From IMG/VR virus record IMGVR_UViG_3300025289_000016: a DNA stretch of 35,212 bases. The stretch is one strand, 5' to 3'. The notes beneath the pieces were generated by a model. It had not been told where the DNA came from. It ran no database searches and saw only the letters and a program-made list of their open reading frames with translations. Of the stretch, positions 26,658 to 33,883 are shown piece after piece. This stretch comes from a virus. The translations under genes and the position numbers were made by a program. Positions within the stretch are counted from its first letter, which is position 1, and every line of letters starts with the position of its first letter.

Positions 26658-27007
26658 TGATAAAAAAAGTAGATATACATAAAATCACAGAGACACAGAT
26701 CAAAAAGCAGATTAAGGAATGGTTGAATATTAATCACATATTCTGGTGGTATAATTTGCAGGGGCTTGGTTCACAAAAAGGGCTTCCTGATTTATTTGCA
26801 ATTCATAATGGAATTTTATGGGCAATAGAAGTTAAGACCCTATTTGGAAGATTATCTCAATATCAAGCTAATTTTTTAGATAATTTTATTAGGGCTGGGG
26901 AAAAAGAAGGTTTGAAAACAGATATAATAGTAGCAAAAAGCGTAGAAAATGTAATAGAGAAATTTAAGAAGGAGAATAAAAATGACAAAGAAAATAAAAG
27001 AAGATAA
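26657..27007 (+). CDS. VRR-NUC domain nuclease
   Basis: GTG start 7 nt after GAGGAGA. GLPDLFAI...WAIEVKT...LSQYQANF matches the PD..(D/E)xK..Q pattern of VRR-NUC. Confidence 0.65.
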   Translation: MIKKVDIHKITETQIKKQIKEWLNINHIFWWYNLQGLGSQKGLPDLFAIHNGILWAIEVKTLFGRLSQYQANFLDNFIRAGEKEGLKTDIIVAKSVENVIEKFKKENKNDKENKRR

Positions 27008-27353
27008 AAAATCCATTTCCTTAAAACCAAAGGAGAATAAAAATAACAAAAATAATGCTGCCTTTAATATATTTTCTGAGACTATAAAAGAAATAATAAA
27101 AAATTATTTAGTAAAATATGGATACAACGGATTATTTAATGCTGACATTGGATGTGGATGTGTAATAGAAGATATTTGTCTTGACGATAGTAATAGAATC
27201 TTGGGTTGTGAACCAGCGTATAAAGTTGTTTGTGATAGAGAAAGATGCCCAAGAGTTAACGATGATGAAATTGGTTGTGGGGGTGAAACGGGGGGTAATT
27301 GTTTCACTACAATAAAACCAAAGGAGAATAAAAATGAACACAGAAAAGATTGA
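26982..27353 (+). CDS. Cys-rich protein flanked by an internal 22-nt direct repeat
   Basis: ORF track. CGC...C...C...C..C...CGG..GGNC pattern. KPKENKN occurs twice. Confidence 0.4.
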   Translation: MTKKIKEDKKSISLKPKENKNNKNNAAFNIFSETIKEIIKNYLVKYGYNGLFNADIGCGCVIEDICLDDSNRILGCEPAYKVVCDRERCPRVNDDEIGCGGETGGNCFTTIKPKENKNEHRKD

Positions 27354-27570
27354 AGAAAAAATAGCATATTACAAAGACACAAGAATTGATATTATGAGAG
27401 AAGGTTGGGATACCCTGGATTTTCCAGAGATACCACAACTAGAAGAACTAGAAAATAAAACTTATGAAGAAATTATTATAATTTTAAATCAGATTGAGGA
27501 AGACATAGAGGCGTGGAAAGATATGATTGAATATGAAGAACCCTATGAGCCGATGGATAGATATAGATAA
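27334..27570 (+). CDS. small acidic protein
   Basis: ORF track; AAAGGAGAATAAAAATG start cassette. Confidence 0.4.
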   Translation: MNTEKIEEKIAYYKDTRIDIMREGWDTLDFPEIPQLEELENKTYEEIIIILNQIEEDIEAWKDMIEYEEPYEPMDRYR

Positions 27571-27635
27571 TAATAAAGAAAACAATAGAATTCCTAAATT
27601 AAGTAAAAAATAGAAAGGAAGGAAAATAAAAATAT

Positions 27636-28034
27636 ATGAAGATAAATTTTTATAAAAGCACAACTGTATCTTATATGAAAACACAATTAAAAGTAGATCA
27701 ATTACTTCGCACATTTGAAATTACAAATACCCGCTGGACAAATTTAGAAGATCAATTAATTTTTGAATTTAATAAAAAAATTGAAAATAAATCTATAGGA
27801 ATTAGAATTATAATAAAAGGCATAAATGATAAAAACAGGAATCAGATGTATAGAATTTTATTCCACTATCTCAAGACTAAATTAGAATTTATCTCTTGCG
27901 GTTTGGTAGAATTTCTACAAGAATTTATGCCACATCTGGTTGTTTATAACGATAAAAATGAATCTATAACATTATATCAGCAATTAGAATGTGTGAATGG
28001 GAAAATACTTATAGGGACAGGAATGGAAAGCTAA
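27636..28034 (+). CDS. hypothetical protein
   Basis: ORF track; GAAAGGAAGGAAAA upstream of the start. Confidence 0.4.
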   Translation: MKINFYKSTTVSYMKTQLKVDQLLRTFEITNTRWTNLEDQLIFEFNKKIENKSIGIRIIIKGINDKNRNQMYRILFHYLKTKLEFISCGLVEFLQEFMPHLVVYNDKNESITLYQQLECVNGKILIGTGMES

Positions 28035-28078
28035 AAAAATGAAAATACATTGAAGGAATTAAAAGGATATGGAAATAA

Positions 28079-28477
28079 TCCCCATCAGCCCAGGGGCATA
28101 AATTTTCTATTGGATTACAAGACAATCAAAAACTTATAGGGGTAGCTACCTGTGGAAGACCCATAGCACGATTGGTCATTGCCTTTAGGGAATAAGGACT
28201 AAGTATGGATGTAAACCAGAACTCTCTTAAGAGCTATACAAGTATAAAGCAAATAGCTCGATGGACACCGCATAACGAAGGTAGAGAGTTCCTAATTTCT
28301 GCCTCTTAAGAGGCAAATAATAGAGATATGTAATTAGTTTTGCGGGGAGATTAATTACCTGTCCGCAGAATAGGCCTTCATATCTATGAACAAGTGAAAT
28401 TAGAAAATTATGGGGTCTTTTGTAGGTGTGCAGAAGACTCTGTTCCTTATAAACCAAAACCGAGAAAAAGGAGATAA
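28079..28477 (+). pseudogene. Possible decayed gene remnant (GNAT-like GVAxxGRPxAR motif) and/or structured RNA in a 447-nt non-coding gap
   Basis: One frame reads ...HKFSIGLQDNQKLIGVATCGRPIARL... with in-frame TAA at 28193, 28307, 28331 and 28352. It also contains nested complementary segments and a repeated palindrome (see findings). Confidence 0.3.
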
Positions 28478-28480
28478 ATT

Positions 28481-28843
28481 ATGTCAAGCATTAACAAAGT
28501 AATTTTAATAGGTTATGTTGGAAAGGATCCTGAAACACGATACACACAACAAGGATTGTGTGTTGCTAATTTTAGTCTTGCTACGAGTGAGACTTGGAAT
28601 AAAGTTGAAAAGACTGAATGGCATAAGATAGTTGCTTTTGGAAAGCTTGGGGAAATCTGCGGAGAATATGTTTTTAAAGGAAGACAGGTTTATGTTGAAG
28701 GAAGGATACAAACTAATACTTGGGAAGATAAAGATGGAAATCAAAAACAAGATAAAAAAATTATTGCTTATATAATGCAAGTATTGGGAAATAAAGATTT
28801 TGAGGAAAAAAACGATGTAGAACAAGAAGATATACCGTTTTAA
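28481..28843 (+). CDS. ssb: single-stranded DNA-binding protein
   Basis: [18 protein letters not shown]...W(H)[10 protein letters not shown]...[18 protein letters not shown] is a canonical OB-fold SSB sequence. It ends in the acidic tail motif DIPF. Confidence 0.9.
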   Translation: MSSINKVILIGYVGKDPETRYTQQGLCVANFSLATSETWNKVEKTEWHKIVAFGKLGEICGEYVFKGRQVYVEGRIQTNTWEDKDGNQKQDKKIIAYIMQVLGNKDFEEKNDVEQEDIPF

Positions 28844-28873
28844 AAAGGAGGAATGTGGTCAATCTTCAATTTA

Positions 28874-28901
28874 GAGGCAAACTCCAACGGATTTTTGCCT
28901 C
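28874..28901. terminator. Hairpin between the convergent ssb (+) and 28906..29136 (-) genes
   Basis: GAGGCAAA (28874-28881) pairs with TTTGCCTC (28894-28901) around a 12-nt loop. No strong T tract on either side. Confidence 0.45.
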
Positions 28902-28905
28902 ATTG

Positions 28906-29136
28906 TCAACCTGCTGAATCTTCTTTTTCGGTTCTTTCTATTATAATATCAAATGTCACTATAAATTTCTTTGAACATTCCTCACATTTTTCAGGTATTT
29001 TCCCGCCGGGTCTAATGTTTTCTTCGGGGTAACAATACATCTCTATCTGTTTTTTCTCCATATTGATATATATATCTACATCGTTGATGAATTTTACTTG
29101 TCCACAAGGTAATATTATAATTTTTCCACCGTTCAT
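28906..29136 (-). CDS. small zinc-ribbon-like protein
   Basis: ORF track; AAGGAGAAC SD on the - strand. Cys pairs are PCG... and CEEC. Confidence 0.4.
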   Translation of the reverse strand: MNGGKIIILPCGQVKFINDVDIYINMEKKQIEMYCYPEENIRPGGKIPEKCEECSKKFIVTFDIIIERTEKEDSAG

Positions 29137-29177
29137 ATTAGTTCTCCTTTCTTTACGTATTGCAACATAAAAACTCC

Positions 29178-29594
29178 TTATTTATAAATTTTTTCCCTAT
29201 CGAATTTTTGTTGTGTACTCCTCGCATATTCCTCGCTTCTTATATCACAAATATCTCTATCAATATCGTGATGAGCTGCTTCATGAACAAGCATCCTAGC
29301 TTTTTCTTCTTTTGTGAGGTTTTCTACAACATAAATTGTCCTATAACAATATAGATGAACCATTACATGTTCACACTTAAAACAAAATTCATATTTGGCA
29401 TAACCCCACTCATTTTTACCAAGGTATCCTGGCTCTACCCATTTTATCTCGTCAGCTCTTATCAATATCCATTGAGTCCAATATTTTCCAAGAACTTCTT
29501 GGACTTCTTGAGGAATCTCTTTAGTTGTATCAGTGGGACAGGAACAAGAAATTAGCATTAGAAATATAAAATATCCTATTATAAGTTTTTTCAT
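29178..29594 (-). CDS. lipoprotein with HExxH metallopeptidase-like motif
   Basis: MKKLIIGYFIFLMLISC gives a signal peptide plus lipobox L-I-S-C. MLVHEAAHHDID lies near the C-terminus. ATGA overlap with the upstream gene. Confidence 0.55.
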   Translation of the reverse strand: MKKLIIGYFIFLMLISCSCPTDTTKEIPQEVQEVLGKYWTQWILIRADEIKWVEPGYLGKNEWGYAKYEFCFKCEHVMVHLYCYRTIYVVENLTKEEKARMLVHEAAHHDIDRDICDIRSEEYARSTQQKFDREKIYK

Positions 29595-29878
29595 TTAATT
29601 TTCCTTTCCTTGCAATTTTCACAGGATAAAAACCCATCCCCAAAAACTTCTTCCTGCCTAATTTCACATTGTCGCAATTGGATAATCTCTCCCCTCTCAT
29701 ACCATTTCTTACATTTCACTCTCATTGTATTCTCACTAAATATTCTATTCCCAACTTTTTTTCCTCCTTGATATCTCGCTTCCATACACTCATCACAAAT
29801 ACCATGTGAAATATCAGGATCCGAAAGTGGTTCTTTCTCACCTATTTCTTTTTTGCAATACATACAAATTACTCTCAT
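29591..29878 (-). CDS. small zinc-ribbon protein
   Basis: CMYC...HGICDEC...CENC pattern. GAGGAGGCGATTATG start. Confidence 0.45.
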   Translation of the reverse strand: MRVICMYCKKEIGEKEPLSDPDISHGICDECMEARYQGGKKVGNRIFSENTMRVKCKKWYERGEIIQLRQCEIRQEEVFGDGFLSCENCKERKIK

Positions 29879-29929
29879 AATCGCCTCCTCTTTTTCTCCG
29901 CCCCCGCAACCGTCCGCAGGTGGCAGGTA

Positions 29930-29965
29930 ACAAAAAGAGGGATAACAACTATATGTTGCTATCCC
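29930..29965 (-). terminator. rho-independent terminator (- strand)
   Basis: The - strand reads GGGATAGCAAC-ATATA-GTTGTTATCCC followed by TCTTTTTGTT. It overlaps the stop codon of 29959..30147. Confidence 0.65.
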
Positions 29966-30147
29966 TTAAATTTTACTCGTCTGTATCTCTCGGCATTGCC
30001 TCTGCTATCTCCTGTCCAATGTCCACGGCGTGCTGAAACACCCTCCCCCTGTGGGTATAGAAATACGAGGTTACATCTACCAACAAATCCCAAATCCGTA
30101 ATCTCTTTACACTTCTCTGTTATTCTATTTTTCGTTTTTATATTCAT
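29959..30147 (-). CDS. hypothetical 62-aa Arg-rich protein (weak call)
   Basis: The ATG lies 1 nt after the radC-like stop, with no clear SD. Unusually GC-rich for this genome. Confidence 0.25.
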   Translation of the reverse strand: MNIKTKNRITEKCKEITDLGFVGRCNLVFLYPQGEGVSARRGHWTGDSRGNAERYRRVKFKG

Positions 30148-30148
30148 T

Positions 30149-30565
30149 TTAATGAGATAACTCACTCTGTAAACTATAATACCCATTCCAGGTAATTATA
30201 ATAAAATCCATAACGGGGATCCCCAAAATCTTTCCTGCCTCAACTAATCTTTTCCATAGTGTAATATCATCTTCCGAGGGGGTATTTTCCCCCGACGGAT
30301 GATTATGAACAACAATTATTCCTACCGAGCCATTCATAATTGCCTTTTTAAAAGTTTCTCGTGGATGCACTGGGCAACTATTTACGGTTCCCATTGCCAC
30401 AAGCTCCTTTTCTATAATTTTATTTCTTGTATTGAGGTGAATAGCCCATAGACATTCCCTATCTGCCCTAGCTTCTGTGGGCATTATTTTGAAAATATCC
30501 TCTGCGGTTATAATCTTCTCCCCTTTTGCTTCCTTAACCTCTAATAATTTTATTTTCATCTGCAT
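30149..30565 (-). CDS. radC: RadC-like JAB/MPN-domain protein
   Basis: HNHPSGENTPSEDD is an intact JAMM HxHx7Sx2D motif. The start is set at MQMKIK (AAAGGGGA SD). The track's 50-aa N-terminal extension has no support. Confidence 0.8.
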   Translation of the reverse strand: MQMKIKLLEVKEAKGEKIITAEDIFKIMPTEARADRECLWAIHLNTRNKIIEKELVAMGTVNSCPVHPRETFKKAIMNGSVGIIVVHNHPSGENTPSEDDITLWKRLVEAGKILGIPVMDFIIITWNGYYSLQSELSH

Positions 30566-30854
30566 TTCCCCTTTTTTCCAGCCTGCCCTCTCGGGTCGGG
30601 TCTTACAGGATTTTTTAATTTTATTCTTTTTATATTGCAAGTTCCGTGCCAAGTTTTCAAGAACCAAAAAATAACACAATTTCAATGAGTTAGCCTTCCG
30701 CAAGGACATACGCAATTATCAATCAGGACAGAAAATTAGCCCCCACTTTTACCATATTTGAGAAAAATCACCACAAACCCTTGAATTATCTACTCTTTTT
30801 GAAAGGCTAGAAAACTGTCCTCTGGAAGCCAACTTCTTAATATGGTATAGAATG

Positions 30855-30894
30855 GACAGGATATGACAGGATATGACAACATAGGACAATAATC
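30855..30894 (+). repeat. 10-bp iterons GACAGGATAT x2, then degenerate GACAACATAG and GACAATAATC
   Basis: Read directly. Confidence 0.85.
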
Positions 30895-30930
30895 TAATAC
30901 TCTTGATATATCTTAGTATGTCTATATTCC

Positions 30931-30970
30931 TATACAACATTATACAACATTATACAACATTATACAACAC
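30931..30970 (+). repeat. 10-bp iterons TATACAACAT x3 plus TATACAACAC
   Basis: Read directly. Confidence 0.95.
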
Positions 30971-30983
30971 AGCACAGGACAGG

Positions 30984-31003
30984 TTATCAACAGGTTATCC
31001 ACA
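30984..31003 (+). repeat. TTATCAACA and TTATCCACA, 11-bp phasing (ACAGGTTATC[AC] units)
   Basis: Read directly. TTATCCACA equals the consensus DnaA box. Confidence 0.85.
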
Positions 31004-31094
31004 ACCTTTCAATACAGGACAGTAGAAGAGGACTAAACAACAACGGTAGAACAAGATAGGATAGGAGTTGGATCCACCCCTTTTATGTTTCTAC

Positions 31095-31125
31095 TTATCC
31101 ACAGGTTATCCACAGGTTATCCACA
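31095..31125 (+). repeat. Three head-to-tail TTATCCACA boxes at 11-bp spacing (TTATCCACAGG units)
   Basis: Boxes at 31095-31103, 31106-31114 and 31117-31125. Confidence 0.95.
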
Positions 31126-31381
31126 GCTAGGAAATGGTTTACATAATACTAGTTATGGGAAGCAAAACAAGTAACCCCCTAGAAAATAAGAGAAAATTCA
31201 ACGATACTTAATGACTTTGCTCTCCCAATGGCGTAATAATTACCCAATATTCTCCTTTCACACAAACAAGAGGGGGGGTGGGGCCGGGTCGTGGAGTGAA
31301 TTATAATATATCCAACCGTTCTTTGGTTGCGAAATAAAAATTGAGAATTTTGCGATCTTCTATTTTCTGTTTCAATATTTA

Positions 31382-32268
31382 TCACAGGCTTAATTGTAAA
31401 CTACCCAATATTTCTTCTTGAATGGATTTGTATCCTAAATCTATTCCTATGCCAATTCTACCCAATTCTTCTGCAACTTTAATGGTTCTTCCACTACCAC
31501 AAAAGGGATCCAATACTATATCTCCTTTTTTTGTGGAACATAATACCATTCTTTCTACCAACTTTTCTGGAAACATAGCATTTGGTTAGATATAAACCAG
31601 GTATCTCCGGGATTTTTACCCTTATACATTTTATCAATGATATATCTTTTCCCTTCATCGTAATTATCCATTTCTTTTTGAGATGCTTTATGTTCCCTTG
31701 TTTCTTTATAAGGTTCTCTCACAGCGTCCAGATTAAAATAATAATCTTTGTTTTTTACAAACATAAAAACAAACTCAAACTTTTTTGAAAATCGGTTTTT
31801 GACTGATTCTGGAAGGCAATTGGGTTTTATCCAAACAATATCGTTTCTCAACGACCATTTTCCTTTATCAACCAAAGCTATAGCTATTCTGTGAGGTAAA
31901 AGATTTTTACACCCGGGAAGATACTTTTTATCTCCACCTCTTAAACAATGTATATCATTTTTACCACCATATTTAGATTTATCTTGCCTTCCAATTATTC
32001 CTATTCTATTATTCCAACTATCACCCAAATTAAGCCAGAAAATACCATCCTTTTTTAATACCCTATATGCTTCTTTACACCACAGTAGGGTATGTTCAAT
32101 ATAGGAATCAATGTTAGATTCTAATCCATATTGACCTTGCCAACCATCTATCACTACTTCAGGTATATCATATCGCCGAAGGCTCCAATAGGGGGGACTT
32201 GTAGTAATCGCTTGGACGCTTTCATCTTCGAGGGGCCATTTTTCAAAACTTGACTGATGGTATATCAT
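31382..32268 (-). pseudogene. beta-class (N4-C/N6-A) DNA methyltransferase interrupted by a 1-nt frameshift
   Basis: Motif IV TSPPYW is in ORF 31555..32268. Motif I VLDPFCGSGRT and FPEKL are in ORF 31382..31576. The frames change around 31586-31587. Confidence 0.75.
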
Positions 32269-32410
32269 AATTTAGTTTTTTCCTTAAAAATAGTCTAGTG
32301 ATGGCATTCAAACACCCCCAAATTTTGCGTTTCCGTTGCTTACCACAAACTTTTTGATATTCATGCCATATTTCCTTCCAAGCACTTTAAAAAATCTCGC
32401 CATACCGCTT

Positions 32411-33628
32411 CTAATCACAAAAAAGGTCTAAAATTTTAGGGACATCTTTAATATTGATCTTAATCTTTTTATTCTCTAAAATCTTCATCGTTTCCTCAGC
32501 TTGGCGGTTCTGTTTTTCTTTAGCCTGTTCTGTAGATAATTCTTGAATTTCTTTATAACCTAATTCTTGTGATTTTTGTTTCCGTTTCTCATACCTCTCA
32601 TCTCTTGCTTTCCTCTGCTCTGGAGTCAATGGCTTAATGGGATCCCCATTGTAATTATAAATCACATCGGGGCCGGTGAAAGTTTTCTGAGTTTTAATTT
32701 TCGTCCAATTGAGGTAGTTTTGGAATTTCTCGCTATAAAGAGTAGTAGGATTGAGGTTATGCTTCATTTTTGGATCCTTATACCATGCTTGGATCATATT
32801 AGTATGAACGGTTTTATACTGCTCAATTTCACGGTATCCTTCTTTCCAACGGTCCCGGATTAGTCGCTTAACAGCTGGAATGGGTTTATAATCAGTGCCT
32901 AATTTGGAATTGAGGTCAATAAGAATATCCCGGCAGTAGGCAGGTAACCATTCTTTAGGAAGTTCTTGGGGCATATCTTGGGTTGAAATCTTCACAGGAA
33001 GTTCACAAGAAGGTTCTTGAGAAAATGAAGGTTGGTAAGAATAGTCTTCAAGACTATCTTCTAGCTCATCGGTAGGTTCTTCTGTAGAAAGGTTAGGTGA
33101 ATTTATTGGTTCTTGAGAATTTGGTGGTTCTTGGGGGGGTGGGGGTTGGTTTTGGGTTTGGATTGGATTAGAAAAAAAAGGACTTTCTTTTTCTTTATTA
33201 ATTTCTTTTTCTTTATTATTACTATCTTCTTCTTTATTACTAGTACTATCTATATTACTATATGATGACATTTTAGCAGAATGGCGTTTTAGCACATTGG
33301 GACTTTGGCAGATTGGGATTATTGCAGATTGCGGTTTTGGTGAAGTAAAATTTCGGTTATATCTGATATAATATTCCATTTTCCCATCTTGTCTTTTTTG
33401 TCGTTTTAAATATCCGTTTTTTTCTAATTCCTTTAAACCTTCTCTAGTTGCTCGGATTCCATCTTTACTTTCTTTTACTATTCTATCAATTGCAAAATTC
33501 CAATCATCAGGTTTGGAATAAAGATAAAGAAATAAACCCTTTGCTTTCCATGATAAATTTTTATCAATTGCAATCTCATTTTTTATTTGCGTAAATCCAA
33601 CTTCTTGCTTTCTAAGTATTTGTTTCAT
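32411..33628 (-). CDS. replication organiser / initiator (N-terminal winged-helix, Pro-rich linker, C-terminal Phg_2220_C/DnaD-like domain)
   Basis: GFTQIKNEIAIDKNLSWKAKGLFLYLYS...GIRATREGLKELEKNGYL fits a wHTH. ILIDLNSKLGTDYKP...RLIRDRWKEGY...W..DPKM..NLNPTTLYS.KFQNYLNW matches the conserved phage C-terminus domain as I remember it. AGGAGG SD. Confidence 0.65.
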   Translation of the reverse strand: MKQILRKQEVGFTQIKNEIAIDKNLSWKAKGLFLYLYSKPDDWNFAIDRIVKESKDGIRATREGLKELEKNGYLKRQKRQDGKMEYYIRYNRNFTSPKPQSAIIPICQSPNVLKRHSAKMSSYSNIDSTSNKEEDSNNKEKEINKEKESPFFSNPIQTQNQPPPPQEPPNSQEPINSPNLSTEEPTDELEDSLEDYSYQPSFSQEPSCELPVKISTQDMPQELPKEWLPAYCRDILIDLNSKLGTDYKPIPAVKRLIRDRWKEGYREIEQYKTVHTNMIQAWYKDPKMKHNLNPTTLYSEKFQNYLNWTKIKTQKTFTGPDVIYNYNGDPIKPLTPEQRKARDERYEKRKQKSQELGYKEIQELSTEQAKEKQNRQAEETMKILENKKIKINIKDVPKILDLFCD

Positions 33629-33720
33629 GGTACCTCCTATTTTTTTATCTCAAAAAAACTATCCAATTTATAGATTCTAATGCAACATGTAATGTTCTAT
33701 GTAATGTTCTATATAAAATT

Positions 33721-33760
33721 AAAAACCCCACAGTATCTGGATCCAGCAGCGGGGTTTTTT
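33721..33760. terminator. Bidirectional-type terminator downstream of the tRNA (- strand)
   Basis: AAAAA-CCCC...CTGGATCCAG...GGGG-TTTTTT. U tracts are available on both strands. Confidence 0.6.
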
Positions 33761-33790
33761 GTTCTCTCACAAATTCATTCATTCAATTCT

Positions 33791-33866
33791 TGGTGGAGAT
33801 AACCGGGATTGAACCGGTGGCCTTCTGGTTGCAAGCCAGACGCTCTCCCAACTGAGCTATACCCCC
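33791..33866 (-). tRNA. tRNA-Ala (anticodon UGC), CCA encoded
   Basis: The reverse complement folds by hand into a 76-nt cloverleaf: acceptor GGGGGTA/TATCTCC with G3:U70, D arm GCTC/GAGC, anticodon stem TCTGG/CCAGA with loop CTTGCAA, T arm ACCGG-TTCAATC-CCGGT, then ACCA. Confidence 0.9.
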
Positions 33867-33883
33867 ATAATTAATTTTTTAGT

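Larger units (their letters stand above)
30855..31125. other. Candidate replication origin: three iteron families plus five DnaA-box-like 9-mers
   Basis: Non-coding region between the radC-like and methyltransferase genes. See the repeat features and finding. Confidence 0.6.

Noticed and set aside
28227-28457. ORF 28227..28457 (-)
   Set aside because: It lies antisense in the non-coding island, has no SD and its composition is not protein-like. The + strand gene-remnant and structure signals explain the region better.
28079-28477. In-frame TAA codons as evidence of stop-codon recoding or a suppressor tRNA
   Set aside because: The only tRNA has anticodon UGC (Ala). TAA terminates most well-supported genes here, so decay or non-coding status is the simpler reading.
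30566-30715. 50-aa N-terminal extension of the RadC-like ORF; also the upstream track starts at 1577, 2055, 3391 and 21341
   Set aside because: Internal ATGs with proper SD spacing remove long overlaps with the upstream genes. The extensions have no domain content.
30749-31385. ORFs 30749..30940 and 31179..31385 (-)
   Set aside because: They run through the iteron/DnaA-box and G-rich non-coding region, have no SD, and their sequences are implausible.
32308-32403. 31-codon basic ORF (MARFFKVLGRKYG...) on the - strand between the replication gene and the methyltransferase
   Set aside because: It has only a weak SD-like AAGCGG and no recognisable motif. It is too short to support without expression data, though it is possible.
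33791-33866. tRNA as an attP/attB fragment marking an integration site
   Set aside because: The tRNA is complete (76 nt with CCA) and has its own promoter-like and terminator elements. No integrase or partial tRNA duplicate was found.
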